Part shown: one piece after another, positions 33,486 through 47,382 of the stretch
Layout of the letters: each line of letters begins with the position of its first letter
Position numbering within the stretch: the first letter of the stretch is position 1
Assembly (NCBI RefSeq): GCF_009914755.1
Contig: NC_060936.1
Reading direction: 5' to 3' (one strand)
Length of the DNA stretch: 64,000 nt
Origin: the human T2T-CHM13v2.0 reference genome, Homo sapiens
Notes under the pieces: model-generated
What the model was told of the DNA's origin: nothing
What the model saw: the letters and a program-made list of their open reading frames with translations, nothing else
Database searches by the model: none
Translations under genes and position numbers: made by a program

Positions 33486-34224
33486 AGCCATCTTAGAAAT
33501 TCTTGTATTTTCAGCTTATAGCAATTATTTCACGGTAATGAGTTCTATTAGTCTGCTAACTGAATGTAAAACAGTTTATTCATTTGTTTCAAAATGTGCC
33601 TCTCTTGTTCCATTATTTCAGGATTGGCAAATACTATATTTACCCACAGGATAGCCATCTTGAATTTAAATATTTTCACTATATCCTACCCTCCAAATTT
33701 TATCTTTTTACATAAAGATCACTATTGTCATAAGCCAGCCACTCAATCCTCTTCCATGGGCTATCTCTAACTTTATTATGTGTCTTAAAGAGAAGAATCT
33801 AAAACTGAGTTCATTAACCTATGTGTGGCCACACCATTGTCTTGTACAAAGTCACCCCTGAATATTGGTTTGTGAGCATTCTAGTATTCCTTGCTGCCAA
33901 TGCCAAAGAGCAGAGCTCTGCCCTCCAATGACAGATGACAGTGATATTTAAAAAATAAATCAATGAAAGTCATTCCTTGCCTTCTGGAATCTCCCATTCT
34001 AAAGTCTAGTTTAGGAAAGTTCTCTCACTCTCTCTGATACACACACACACACACTACCACCACCATCACCAACAACAATAAAAGGCTTAAGAACACTTAA
34101 TAATGTGTAAAAAGTGGCAAAGTAGCAAAACGAAACTATATTTGTAACTGCTGTGGAGTCACAGAGCAGTAGCATTGTCACTGTTGGGTTAAGGGAAGTC
34201 TCCCTGCAAATAGGAAGTTTTACG

Positions 34225-34445
34225 TGGAGTTTAAACAAACGATAGTTTAAGTCATTGCTGGGCAATTTATTAGCTATATAATCTTGAGCAAAATGACTGG
34301 TCTTTCCAAAAACCAGTTAACTAACTCTGTCATAAAATAGTATCCGCCTCAAAGAGATTTTTTAAGTTAACTGAGATGACACATGCAAAACCCTTAGCAC
34401 AATGCATGGCACATAATAAGTATTCAGGAAATCTCAGCTATTATT
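34225..34445 (+). mobile_element. MIR
   Basis: 'taactgagatgacacatgcaaaacccttagcacaatgcatggcacataataagtattcagg...gctattatt'. Confidence 0.7.
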
Positions 34446-34699
34446 ATTTTTATAAGGAGAGAAATTGAGTTACTGCAGAGGAGGTGAACATTTTTGGCAT
34501 GAAGGCCTGAGGTTTTGCATGAGGATGTCATGTATGAAAGAGAGGAAGTAGAGTACATAAACCAGAGAAGAGATTCCATTTAGAAAGCCATTAGATGGAG
34601 GTGTGGTGGTGGGTGGGAGTGGTGAGGAGAGGGAGCTGTACAAACGATGAATTAAGGCCAAGTGGAAGAGCTTTAATTTGATATGATGAACAACAATAG

Positions 34700-34826
34700 C
34701 TACCGCATAACAAGGGGATCCCGTGAAAGCAGCTTTCACGGATTCCCTGGGACTGCATTCCTCAATAAAGTATTATCACATAAATTTTTACTTCTGGCTT
34801 TAATTCTTAGGGAAACCAGGCCAAGA
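34700..34826 (+). mobile_element. ERV-L-class LTR 3' fragment
   Basis: 'cctcaataaag...ggctttaattcttagggaaaccaggccaaga' resembles LTR16/33-type 3' ends. Confidence 0.45.
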
Positions 34827-36120
34827 AAGAAGAATAAACTCTAAGAAATACTACGATGGAGGAATGAGGACTTGGTAGTGGTGTAACTGTGTATGGCAAA
34901 GATTAGGGGGAAGTTTAAAGATTAGCTCCAAGTTTGTGGGCCTGGGGACCTGGGGATGGAGGTGGAGTGAAGGTAATTTTCATAGTGGTGAGGAAAGGGG
35001 GAAGTTAAGAATCAGCCCTAGTGCTCCTTACGGTATGAGAGGGGCTTGTCTATATCCCAAATATATGGTTTAAAAGTCTCTGGGTCTCCTGGGTTACAGT
35101 CCTCACCCTGTATCCCCTTATCACTCTTTGATAGGTCTACATTTAATATGAGGTTGGGACAATCTGAGTGTGACCCTTAATTATTTTATGGCATAAGGTT
35201 TAATAAAGAGGAATCCAGTCAGGATGACAGACTTATGAAATCATTTTCCAAATCTTTATTTTAATATATAGTTTAACAACAGAAAAACCTAAACACAACA
35301 CTACGAGTTATTTTAGAAAAAAAAAAAAAAAAAAAGCAGACTAAAGTAGCAAAGGCATCTGTCTAAATTGGCTGTAATGAGACCAAAGAACCCTTCTAAA
35401 GCAGATACAAAAACAAAAGCAAGGACTGGAGTGTGAAGGAGAAGGTTTCTCTGGGAAAACATTTGAAAACCTTTATTTCCAAGCCTACCAATCAATAAAT
35501 ATTATCCCCCATTGTGAATGAACCCCATATGAGGCTCTCTGCAGGTGGATACTAAAGAAACCCCAGGCATCAGACATATTCTCAGAGAACATGAAATGTG
35601 GTAGGAGGTATAGGCCTCATGAGAATAAACTAAATCAGGATATTTACACAGATCCATCAAGTCCAGTACAGACTGAAGTATGCAGCTGCTGTCCACCCAA
35701 AGTAGCTCAAATTTTACGTGCTCAAAAGTAGAACTCACCTGCTCTTTCTTTTGTAGTTCCTATTTCAGTTGGAGGCATCCAGTTGCTTGTGCCAGAAACC
35801 TGGTTACCATTCTTGACTCCTTCTTCTCTATCATTATTTGAATGACCAAATACTATCGGCTTTAACCCAAATGTTTTTCAAATCTGCCTCTAGGGGAGGC
35901 AGCCTTTGTAAACAGCAGTGTAGGCTAACATTATTCCAGCTTAGATATCTATGGGGAGGAATCTCTTTAGACTCAAATTTCTTATCTAAGTGAGTGAAAT
36001 ACAATGACTGTCAGACCTAACAAAATCAGGAACTTGTCTGCACCCTTCCATCTCTGGGAAATTGACATGGACTCCTAAAGATTGCTGTACCTGTCAAACC
36101 AAATGGCAGATAGAAAAGAT

Positions 36121-36341
36121 GGGGCCTGTTGGGGGGTAGAGGCAAGGGGAGGGAGAACATTAGGACAAATACCTAATGCATGCGGGGCTTAAAACCTAGA
36201 TGATGGGTTGATAGGTGCAGCAAACCACCAGTCACATGTATACCTATGTAACAAGCCTGCATGTTCTGCACATGCATCCCAGAACTTAAAATAAAATAAA
36301 ATAAAATAAAATAAAATAAAATAAAATAAAATAAAATAAAA
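36121..36341 (+). mobile_element. L1PA 3' terminal fragment with (TAAAA)n tail
   Basis: 'acctaatgcatgcggggcttaaaacctagatgatgggttgataggtgcagcaaaccacca...cccagaacttaaa'. Confidence 0.93.
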
Positions 36342-38406
36342 GGTGGTTGAGGACCCAAAGAACCCTACATAATGTCAACAGAAACACATTTTATTGGACA
36401 TTCTTAAGTCTTCCTATGACTTGGTACTGCATGTGCTAATCTTGGGAAAGTCAGCTGCCAGAACTTTGGGAAGCAGAAAATTGGATACATGAGCTTGATT
36501 ATTCAAATAAATGATTTGATACCTAAATTATCTGGATAATTGCCTCCTTATGGTCTAGGACAACCTGACCCCCCATACTCCTAGAGCCACAGGAAATCTG
36601 AGAGTCATAATTGCCTGTGGGAAACTAAATAGAGTGTCTGAGGGGGTGTCTGCAGAGTAGGAAATGAAAACCGATTGTTCAAAGTGGCAAATGAGTAACG
36701 TGTTCATTGTGACAGGTAGAAAATCAGCCCAGGCTGGGAGTAAGTCGGGGGAGTAAATTTTGGTTGGTGTCTGACAATTTCCTTATCCTGTCTATTTTTT
36801 AAACTTTGGTTGATTCATTCCCAAGTAACCCTCATCCAGTGTTAGTTTCTTGTTTATTCTATGCTCACATAGCACCAGGGGACTGTCTGTACCACATATT
36901 TGCATTTATTTATATGCTGCTTTGTAAATGTTTTTAAGCCCTTTTTCTATATGTGTGCCATGTTTTCTGAAGTGGATTTATGTTCTCTGATGTAGTCTCC
37001 TCAATAGTCATTTCCCACTTTCCTCTCATCTGCATTTTACAGCTCTGTTCGTTTGATGTTGTCTCATAAAGACCTCCATGTAACTTCTTAATACCTTTAT
37101 CTACACTTCGCCCTCCTTCTGCTGTTGAGTAAAAGTATGAAAGTGATGCTGCATGTGCAGTCAAGATATAGTACACCTGCTATTAGGTTTCCGCTTTACA
37201 ATGATCTGCTTTAAGACAACAACTTGAGCAACTCTGCATCTAAAAGCCTGGATTCCTTGTGCATACTTTGTGTCATTGTCCATGATGCACAACGAGCTGA
37301 GCCCCTTCCTGTTCCCACATAACAACATGGACTTTGCCCTACTCTGCTTGGAAACCCCTTTCCCCTTCTGCACTTGGGAAGTCAGCAAGAAACTCATGCT
37401 TCAAACCCTAGCTCAGAGGGTTGAGAACCTAGCTCCTCTCCCAGGCAAATATTCACTCATCTCATCTGCTCCCAGAATGCTTTTTACAAACATTTTCTAA
37501 GGCCCATGCCCATTTTATAATTTTGTTTTGTTTTCACATCGGTCTTCACCAAAATGCATACTTCAAGACCACAGCTTATTCATTTTTATAACCATATTAC
37601 CAAATACTGCAGCTGTCACACAATGGATACTCATAAAATATTGGAGAATAAATATTCAGGGAATAAGTTCTTGTGTAGAATGTTGATAGTTCTCTGCTCT
37701 ATATTCCCATCCCTCGAAGGAGCCTGCCAGGATGAATTCTTCCAGCTTCATTCTTCATATGCCTTCTCTGCCTCAAGAACCAGTGTCCTGCTGGTCCCAG
37801 TCCATCCCTGCTGTCATCCCAACTCTTCCATTAATTGGCAGAGGCAGAATGGGGCCCTGAGGTGGTTTAAATAAACCATTTGTTCATTTATCAGATATTT
37901 ATTCCAGTATTTGTCTCAATATTTATTTCATGTCTACCCTGTGCCAGGTGCAGTTTGTTTTACGTGCTGTTCATATACCAGTTAACAAGATAGTCAAAGT
38001 CCCCATCCTCCTGATGCTTATATTTTAATGATTTAGTTTGGAAAGTGAGCTGATGGACAGATTAAAAATGGAAAACAAAGCTTTTTGCCTACATTGTCTG
38101 ATCAATTCAATTCAAAGCTATATAAATCTTCATTTTTCCACTTGAGTTTGGTAATTGAGTCCTATCTGCATGTGTCTTTCTGTAGTCATACTTCCCAGAA
38201 AAAAAAAACAACATATACCATGGCCACACTTGCCCCTAGCACCTATGCCATGCTATAGGTAGACACATACACCTATACATATATACACATATACACAGCT
38301 ATACAATGTATACACTCACTGATCATCCATTCACCCAAATATCAAACCTCCCAAGGTATAAGGTATGCCACCTTCCCCTCCACTAATACATATCCATTCT
38401 GATGCA

Positions 38407-38446
38407 TTTCTTTCCTTCTTTTCTTCCTTCCTTCCTCCCTCCGTCT

Positions 38447-38477
<31 letters not shown>

Positions 38478-38694
38478 CTTTCTTTCTTTCTTTCTCTCTC
38501 TCTTTCTTCTTCTTTCTTTCTTCTCTCTCCCTTTCTTTCTTTCTTCCTCCTTCCTCCCTTCCTTTCTTTCTTTTCTTTCTTTCTTTTTCTTTCTTTCTTT
38601 CCTTTTTCTTTCTTTCTTTTCTTTCCTTTCCTTTCTCTTTTCTTTTCTTTCCTTTCCTTTCCTTTCCTTTCTTCCTTCCTTCCTTCCTTCCTTC

Positions 38695-38781
<87 letters not shown>

Positions 38782-38796
38782 TTCTTTCTTTCTTTC
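38407..38796. repeat. About 390-bp polypyrimidine tract (TTTC/TTCC/CT mosaic), expanded Alu tail
   Basis: Directly visible; lies inside the Alu TSD gatgcattt (38401 and 39075). Confidence 0.95.
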
Positions 38797-39072
38797 GTCT
38801 CACTCTGTTGCCCAGGCTACAGTGCAGTGGCACAAACATGGCTCACTGCAGCCTCACCTCCTGGGCTCAAGCGATCCTCCTGCTTCAGCAGCCTCCTGAG
38901 TAGCTGGGACCACAGGTTTGTGCCACCACACCTGGCTAATTTTTTAAATTTTTGTAGAGACGGGATCTGGCCATTTTGCTCAGGCTGGCCTCTAACTCCT
39001 GGCCTCAAGCCATCCTCCTGCCTGGGCCTCCCAAAGTACTGGAATTACAAGCGTGAGCCACTGCACCTGGCC
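38797..39072 (-). mobile_element. AluJ
   Basis: Alu dimer, J-type motifs. Confidence 0.92.
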
Positions 39073-39391
39073 TGGATGCATTTTCTAATGCATGTGCATG
39101 CAGATGCACATAGAACAAACATGACCACACACACAGGCACATGTGCATATAGTGGCAGTTAGAAAAACACTTTCACAGAGGGCCTAATGATAACTTTTAT
39201 TTCTTTGTGTGTGGTGATTTGCAATTTCTAAATGTTTTCCCATCCATTGAACTCCTTTGATCTTCCTGCCAAATTCTCTAAGGCAGTCTATGCCCATTTT
39301 CTATTTAAGGAAACTGAGGATGAGCAAAAAAAAGAGAGAGAAAGAGAAAGATCTGTATTTACTGAAGAAATGACTACAGCATGCACGCATG

Positions 39392-39394
<3 letters not shown>

Positions 39395-39434
<40 letters not shown>
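39395..39434. repeat. (AC)20 microsatellite
   Basis: Directly counted. Confidence 0.95.
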
Positions 39435-39436
<2 letters not shown>

Positions 39437-40514
39437 CCTGGGCCTGGTCATGGAGCTATGCATTTTTGCACATATCATCTCTGTGAAATATCATTTTACC
39501 CATCTTACAGATGAGGTAGCATTTGAACTATATCATGAAACATTGCACGGACCCCTATTTTCTCACGAGTCCAGCAAATTGGCATTTAAGTCATCCCAGA
39601 TGGATGGCTATTATAAGGGCTGTCCTAAGGGGTACCAAAGAGGAGAGTCTTTTCCATCAGGATTTTTTTTTCCTCTAACTCAGTCCCAGCCTCCGTAGCT
39701 TCATTCTATTTCCTTGTGGTTTTTACTTCCTCAGAAAGAATGAAGCACAGCTGCCAGTTGTCCTCTGAATAACTCTTCAGAGATTTGAAGCCTGTTATGC
39801 TGTTGAAGACAGGTATCTCCCAGTTCCCATCACTTCATGTTAGAGTGGACTTAATAATTAAGTGTTCCTCAGTAAAGGCTCAAAGCCATAATGTAAAGAG
39901 CACCCCCTCTTTTTCATTATCTTGACGCAAAGACATGTTTCACACAGGTCAGATAACCTTGCAAAAATCTACTGGCCTGCCCACCAATGTTGAGTGTGGA
40001 TTTGTATAAATAGTCATGGAGGACAGAAGGCTTGGGACCCAGTTTTCAGCATCTTTTATAGCACGCCTCCCTGCCTTTCACATCCTAGACTTCTCCCCCG
40101 GACTTTCCTTGCTTCTCTCCACAGATCTAAGTTTACCCCTTTTCCCCGCTCTTTCCTGCCGCTCCTTGTAAAGTACACACGCAGAGGCACACACATGGAA
40201 TCTTGTCCATGGCCCATCACTTTGGTCCTTTACTCCCTGACTTGGTTTTTCTCTATTTAGTTTCCTTACATCTTTCTAGCACTTACCTTGGAGCTCAGCA
40301 AGCTGCCTCCTGGTTCTGTCCTTGTCTCTCTTTGCTGTGGTCTCTGCTTCACGAGTGCTTTCCAATCTCCCCCATGGTACAGAACTCTCCCAGTGGGAAG
40401 GGACTATATCTCCTCCTTTTGAATTTTCTCCCTATTCCCTGAACACATGGTGGCCATCTCAGAAGTGACTGACCTACACAAGATGTGATGATCCTCCAAG
40501 TCAGTGGATTTTTT

Positions 40515-40705
40515 TTACAAGTTTTATTTTGTTTTTAATTGTCACATAATAATTGTACATATTCATGGGGAACAGTGTGATGTTTCCATACATGGATACA
40601 TCATGTAATAACCAAATCAGGGTAATTAGCAGATCTTTCACCTCAAACATTTATCAAGTCTTTGTGGTGAAAACATCCAAAACCCTCTCTTCTACCTATT
40701 TTGGA
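40515..40705 (-). mobile_element. L1MA-type 3' end fragment
   Basis: 'cacataataattgtacatattcatggggaacagtgtgatgtttc...caaatcagggtaattagc'. Confidence 0.85.
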
Positions 40706-42219
40706 GTTATTTCTTAAATTCCTATTTAAGGCCTTGCTCTAGTTTTGGATATGAATTCAGCTTTAGTAAAGAACAATTTTTCATGCTTATGGCATTAGCT
40801 CAGGATGACAGAGAAAGTGTAAGAGAGGAAAAAAAATATGATTCTGTGGATGAACACAATTTCTTGGGCCAATTAACTGAGACAGTTAACACGTTTATTA
40901 TGTTTAAACTATTCAGTGATTAATTTAGGGAATTTTATAGACAGTTTAATACTGTCCCAGCATAAGGAATAAGCCATTTTATATAAAAGAAGAGAGAAAG
41001 AACCCTGAGATATATCTACCTCTGATGATGAATATTACAAATGAAAAATGGGGACATTAGAAATTTTTCTTTAAATTGTATAGTTCAGAATGAAGGTACA
41101 AATAGTCAACCCCCAAATGTTGGGGCATGTATATTACCTCTAGGAAATTTAAAATCCTGATTTGACCATTTTTTGCCCTTCAGCGTACACCTTGGCTTCC
41201 CTACCCTAGTCATTCCCAAGTTGACACTGCAAACACTTTCCAATGAATGCTTATGTAAACCATATATTGCTAAGGCAACTGCTTGGGCAAAAAACAAATT
41301 TAAAAACTAGTCTGTTGATCTCTGTTTTTTTTATTGTCCACTGTAATTTTATTGGCCAGGATCAATAGTTGCCTGGGTTTAAACCAAGAATATTTATTGA
41401 GTGCCTGGGATAGGTATGGTAGAGGTGGCAAGGTGAGGTCAACGCAAGACATTACAAGAACTAATTGTGTTACTTGAAGTGGATGTGGCTGTCTGGATCA
41501 TCTCTACACCTACTCTATTTACTGCCTGAAATGCCCATTCTGCCCCACACCTCATGGTTCAGTCTTGTTTACTTCACCTTTTCTATTCTCTGGTTTTCCC
41601 ACCTGTACCTTTTCAGGACTGCTGTACATACATGTACATGAAAAACAAACAAACAAACAAACAAACAAACAAAAAACCTCATTTCCTCCTTCCCTTCCTC
41701 TTTTCCTCTCTTTTGGTTACTAGATGCATATGTGTGGTACTAAAGGTGCCTTCTGATGTTGTCAACTCGGTCATGCAATTGGTCATTTTAGTGGAGAGTC
41801 CGGTGGGGGAGTGCTTCCATGAAGGGGTCACTTGATCAGGTAGCCCAGTATAGACATACCATCAGCTTGTTCTCTGCATGCATTTGCTCCTATTATTCTG
41901 TTTCTCTGTAATCATTCATCTATTCAACAAATATCTGTTATATGCCTACTATGTGCCAAGAATTCTACTATTCCTGTGTTTTAATAGTGACATGATATTG
42001 CTGTTTCTTTCTGATTAACAGATATTTTCAAAGGTGAATGAAGAAAGCCGTATTAGGAAAACTGTTATAAGATGAAGTTGATTTTTTTTCTGATCTCTGA
42101 AGGCTTTTATTAGTGCGAGGGGGGCAGGAAAGGAGGAACAATATAGCTGGTCAGAGATTCCTTTCTCACACTAGCTCCTGCCCTGGATAGCAGGGCAGTG
42201 GGTGGGAGGTAGGGGATTG

Positions 42220-42500
42220 CCTACAGTCATAATCCCCCCCACAAACCTTCTTACCCTCATTTTCTTGCCCCAGGGCCCCCCAACCAAAAGGGAGTCTGTC
42301 ACTGTAATTAAGCAGTCTGTAATCAACAAAGTCCCATTAAGAAATAATGAGGCCAGTAATGCAGTGGGTGCCATTGGTGGGGGATTAGTGAAACTCATGT
42401 GGTTTCCTGCAACTCTCTCACTTTCTGAGGAAGTGTTGGGGAGAGGATAAGTGGATAAATTGTTGACTCAGCACTATTAGCATTAGTCCCTGCACTCTCC
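42220..42500. promoter_or_regulatory. Candidate enhancer (homeodomain/SOX motif cluster)
   Basis: Repeat-free; TAATCC 42230, TAATTA 42305, TAATCA 42320, AACAAAG 42325, GGATTA 42382 and further TAAT/ATTA cores. Motif-only evidence. Confidence 0.35.
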
Positions 42501-43235
42501 CCCATACTCTCCAGTTAAACACCTTGCTGAAGTTGGTTGGATGTGTTGGGTGGGACATTGTTCCCAGCTCTGATAAAGGCATGCATGTGAGTTCCTTGCT
42601 GGCAGGGTTACATCATAGTCATCTCTGCATTCCCAGTGCCTGGCACATCATAAGTGCCCAATAAATGTTCCATGAATGCCAGGAGAGGGTGTGTTAGAAG
42701 TACACATTGAGCCTAAAACCCAAATGTCCCACCTTCTTGCTTAAGACGTTCTCAAAAAGATTGTGGCTCCATGAGCGTCTGGGTAAATATGATTGACTGA
42801 AGAGGATCTTGGTACTAAGGACTTTAAGCTCTTTTCACACTCTTCGCATATTGAATCTTGCCTTTGTTTTAATTACCTATATATGAGGGCATAAGTTCTT
42901 GGAGGGATATGACCATTTTATATACTTTTATATTCCACAGAGTATATGTCGGGTGTAAAACTCTAATGTATATTTTGCAGCGGCAAGTATTGAAACTAGA
43001 CATATGGAAAAGTTGCCGTGCCACAAAGTCAATGCCAAAGGTCCCCAGAATACCCTTTTCTATTAATTTTAGAGTCCAGTAAAATAGTAAAAGCTAAATT
43101 GGGAGGGAACTAATCAATCTGGAGTTGTCCAAAATGCATTATATGATCTGTGTCAGGGGAGCTTGCTCTGCATGAAAATGTAGCTCATTCACCTTCCTAA
43201 CATGAATCCTGTGGCGTCTAAAGAGTCTTACATGT

Positions 43236-43583
<348 letters not shown>

Positions 43584-43839
43584 TCAGCCCAAGGCCCCTG
43601 GGAGCTTGTGCAACATTAGCATCTTTTGAGCTTGTGGTTTTTATTGTTTTCCTCAGCCTAGAACTAGATGGCCCAGTCAGGAAACTGAAGGATAGCAATC
43701 CATATCATTCATTCGTTTACTTTCACAACACTGCCTCTAAGTTGTACAAACTCTTCTCAAGCAAAGACAGCTCATAACTTCTTTCAAGGTAGAAAGTTCT
43801 TCTAAAGAAGGAGTCAATATGGGGTGGGGGTTATGGACA

Positions 43840-44050
43840 CCTACTTCAAGTCACATAGATTTGGGTTTTAACCCAGAACAGTTTCAATGCATTCTCCTGT
43901 TTACTTAAACAAATTACTTAATCTTATGTCTGAAATAGTGCTAACAATACCTATCACACAGTTTGTGAGGATTAAAAGAAAAGAAGGTACGTAGAGCACC
44001 TCCTAGCACTGTGCCTGGCTCACAGTGAATGCTCAAAATGGCAGTTAAGG
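43840..44050 (+). mobile_element. MIR
   Basis: 'aacaatacctatcacacagtttgtgaggattaaa...agcactgtgcctggctcacagtgaatgctcaa'. Confidence 0.7.
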
Positions 44051-46879
44051 AGAATAGAGCTAAATTCAGCTTCAGTCTGTCCTTTTCCAGTATGTGCTGC
44101 ATAATTCTGCCTAGGTTTACGTGAGCTCTGCGATTGTTCCTCACGTGTCTTTATGTTTTGTTTCTCTACTTAGGCTGTAAGCACCCCTTACCAGGATCTG
44201 ATATTCTTTCATATTATTGAATTCCACAGAAGTCTTTATGGCAGGACCCCTGCTCAGGCATCAAATAATTATAATTCGTCCATCTGCCATTTCAAGTTCA
44301 TGAAATGTGTTATTTGATCTTCTACATCAGCAGACCTTGCTCTGTATTAAGATACAGTTTATCTACTTTCCTTAAGTGCATCCAGTGGAGACTAAAAAGC
44401 CTTATATGTGGTTTGAAGAAAAAAGAAGGTCAGGAACATCAGTGTACCTTGAAGGTGGTAGAAGAGTAGAGAGAACCTTCAAGGCTGGGTGAGAAAATTG
44501 GGTCTGTTAGACTTGACTGAATCCACGCATTGAATAGAGTCTTCTCTTCCAAGGCTGCAGGCATGAGCTTTGCAAGTTTGAGCACACAATCTCTTGGCCT
44601 GAAACCACAGCTTCAGAATGAGCCTGGCACTAGGAGTTATCTCCATAATTTCCTTCCCTTCCCCAAATTAGAGTTATTTTTCCCTTCTTTCTTCTGATGA
44701 TGAGGATATAATCCTGGCAAGAGTTGACCATTTCCCCAATATTATCTGTTCATTTTTACCATTATTTGGTGTGTTATTCATTTTTGGAATGATTTGCAGT
44801 GAATGTTTTATTGTGGCCCAGCATGCTCCTGTTATCCTGCATTCTTCAGCACAGCCATCTCTTCACTCATCATTTGGCAAGGGCTAGAATAAAACAAATC
44901 TTCTGAATATTTGTTCCTCTTACAGAAACTCTTCTTGCTAAGTCAGACCCCTCAGGGAGCACCTTCCTGTGTTGTATCTGAAATCTCCTGTTTTGGCTAT
45001 CAGTGTCATAGTTTGCTACCAGAAGTATGGTAATTGAGACCACGGAGAACCCTCCCCAAAATGGCGAAAAGCCTTAGAAGCCTTTGTTTTAAAAGATGTG
45101 GAGATGAATTCCTGAGAGTTTAGATGCTTCTCCTACCCCTCCTCCTCTGGCCTCATGATGTCCTGCCATTCGTACATTTGAGACATGTGCTAAAGAATAT
45201 CTACCCATCCTGCACATCTTCACCTGGAAAAATGCTGGCTGATTCCATGTGTCCCACAGGGGGATGTGTTGATTTGGATAGTGGGCAGCAGAAAGCCTTT
45301 GCTATTCAGAATATGGAAATGGGAGAAATGGAGCCAGAAAATGTTTACAGAACAGTGAGAGAAGAAAAGGAAAACTACCCAAAGGACAGCTGACCTGTTT
45401 AAAAGCAGAATATACTTAAAATACCCCAAGGACTGAGGCTTTTGTAACATGAGTGATGAGTATTAAAGGTAAAAGATTCCTGTTTTCAAACAGAGATATT
45501 CCTAAACCTACCAAGCAAAGGAGAATCCACAATATCTGTTGTGGTAGGAAGTTCTTCTGAAGTCTAACGTTAATCCCTCCTATGTTATTTTATTTGCCTA
45601 TATTAATGTGTTGCTTTGTAATTGTTCTAAGGTTGCTTTTATTGTGTGTGTTTTGCCCTCACAGGTAAACTCCTCCAGGGCAGGACCTGACTCTTCAGAG
45701 GAATTTTTTAATCCCCCTCCCCAGAAGTGCCCACGTCAAGGCCATAGTAGAGAAGGAGCTCAAGATCAATCCCTAAGCAACCACGCTTGGAAGCATCCTG
45801 CAACAGAGGGATTTGTTCCAGACTCAGATTTAATCCACTATTACCTTTTCGTAAGACAAGTGTTGTCTGAAGGAGTCTGTGTGTAATTTTGAGACAAAAG
45901 GATTGCAGAACTCAGCTCCCAGGTTGTCTCATATCTGATTCTTCGAAAGAGGAAAAGAAGCGAACTCTTCTGCACAATAGCTGAGCAGATAGGAGAGAAA
46001 AAGCTTGAAGATTCACAGTGGAGCAAGGCTAATTGGAGCCTTCCTCAGAGCAGCTCAACTATCCCAGTTTTACCTATCCCATTCCTTGCCATTCCCACTT
46101 GTAATTCTGTCTTGGCAAGAACACCATACTGAAGGTTCTTAAAGCAGTTTGTAGACTTTAATTAGTTCTGTGGGAAGTCAGTCAAAGCTCAGCCTTCATT
46201 CTGCCAACAGAGACAACAGTGGTGGGTGTGGAAGGAAGGCAAGAAGAAGATGGACACCCAGAGCAGTTGTGCAACTTACTGAAGGCCATGTGGATAGGAG
46301 GAACTGGGTTTAAAACCCCTGAGTCTTGATAAAAGTGTCTTAGCCTTCTAGATTCCTAAACAGGTAGTGGGCTCATCCTACTAACCTACTTTGCTAGGGT
46401 GTTGTTGATGAATGCTTATAAACCCTGTCCTAGATGATAGGTTTGGAAGGTTGTTAAAGAAAGCATGTCATTAAGTCCCTACTCACCCCCTCCTTGACAA
46501 ATAGCCCTGGAGGGAAATGAATATTAGCCAGAATCGTAGGGCCTCCACTTCAATGGAATGAACTGAGATTCAACAACAAGAGAAATGTTCCAACAGTGAG
46601 GGAAATCAACAATGTGCTGGGGGTGAAGGGTAGGGGTTGGGAAGGCCTAAACAGGTGACCATTGCCAGACAGCCCAGACAAGATCATCACAGAATAGCTG
46701 ATTCCCATTAGACACTGTGGGTGATCATTATCTTAAAATTCAGGACACTATTTTTGTAGTAGTTTCCCTTCCTCTCTTTGTAAGAGCAGAAGACCTCTCT
46801 GGGGCCTATCACAAGACAAGCGGGTGTTTGCAAATGAGGGACGTACTTTGAGACTGAATTGCTCTGTGCTTCTCTAAAA

Positions 46880-47120
46880 GACATGGTTAAGAGTTTGGGC
46901 GCTGATGTTAGAGACTGAGATTAAAATCCTTCCTTGCCACTTCCATCAGTATAAATTTGGATAAGTTTCTTAACTTCTCTAAGCCTTGATTTTCTCACCT
47001 ATAAAATGGGCCTAATAATAGTGCCTAACTTAGAGGTTTGTTGTAAAGGTTAAATGCAATTATTCAGGTAAAGCCTTAATGGAGCCTGATATGTAGTAAG
47101 CACTCAATCCATTTTATCTA
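46880..47120 (+). mobile_element. MIR (near complete)
   Basis: 'ggttaagagtttgggc...aacttctctaagccttgattttctcacctataaaatggg...gtagtaagcactcaat'. Confidence 0.8.
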
Positions 47121-47382
47121 CTGACTCTTTTCTCTGTGTGGGTTACCCACTTTGGAGATTGTCCCCAGTAATTTCTTTGGTCAAGTCTTGATCTCCCTGG
47201 CCCCTTGGCTATCTTCTCCCACCATGATCAGTGAGAAGTTGAGGAGCACTAATACCAAATTCTTTTTCATGTTAGTTAGGAGAAAGCAGAATTACGAAGG
47301 TCAACCTGCTGGTGTAAAAAAATATTACATAGATTAGCCCTGCTCTACATATTAGATATGTTCTCAAAATGCCTAAGTGGCC

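Noticed and set aside
38342-39162. 165-265 aa ORFs (F/L/S-rich or K/E/R-rich)
   Set aside because: Stop-free frames through the pyrimidine microsatellite and Alu. The same applies to 48672-49088 and 8850-9338.
44447-44484. 10-bp inverted repeat ccttgaaggt/accttcaagg with 18-nt spacer
   Set aside because: A stem of this length is expected occasionally in 64 kb and nothing else supports it.
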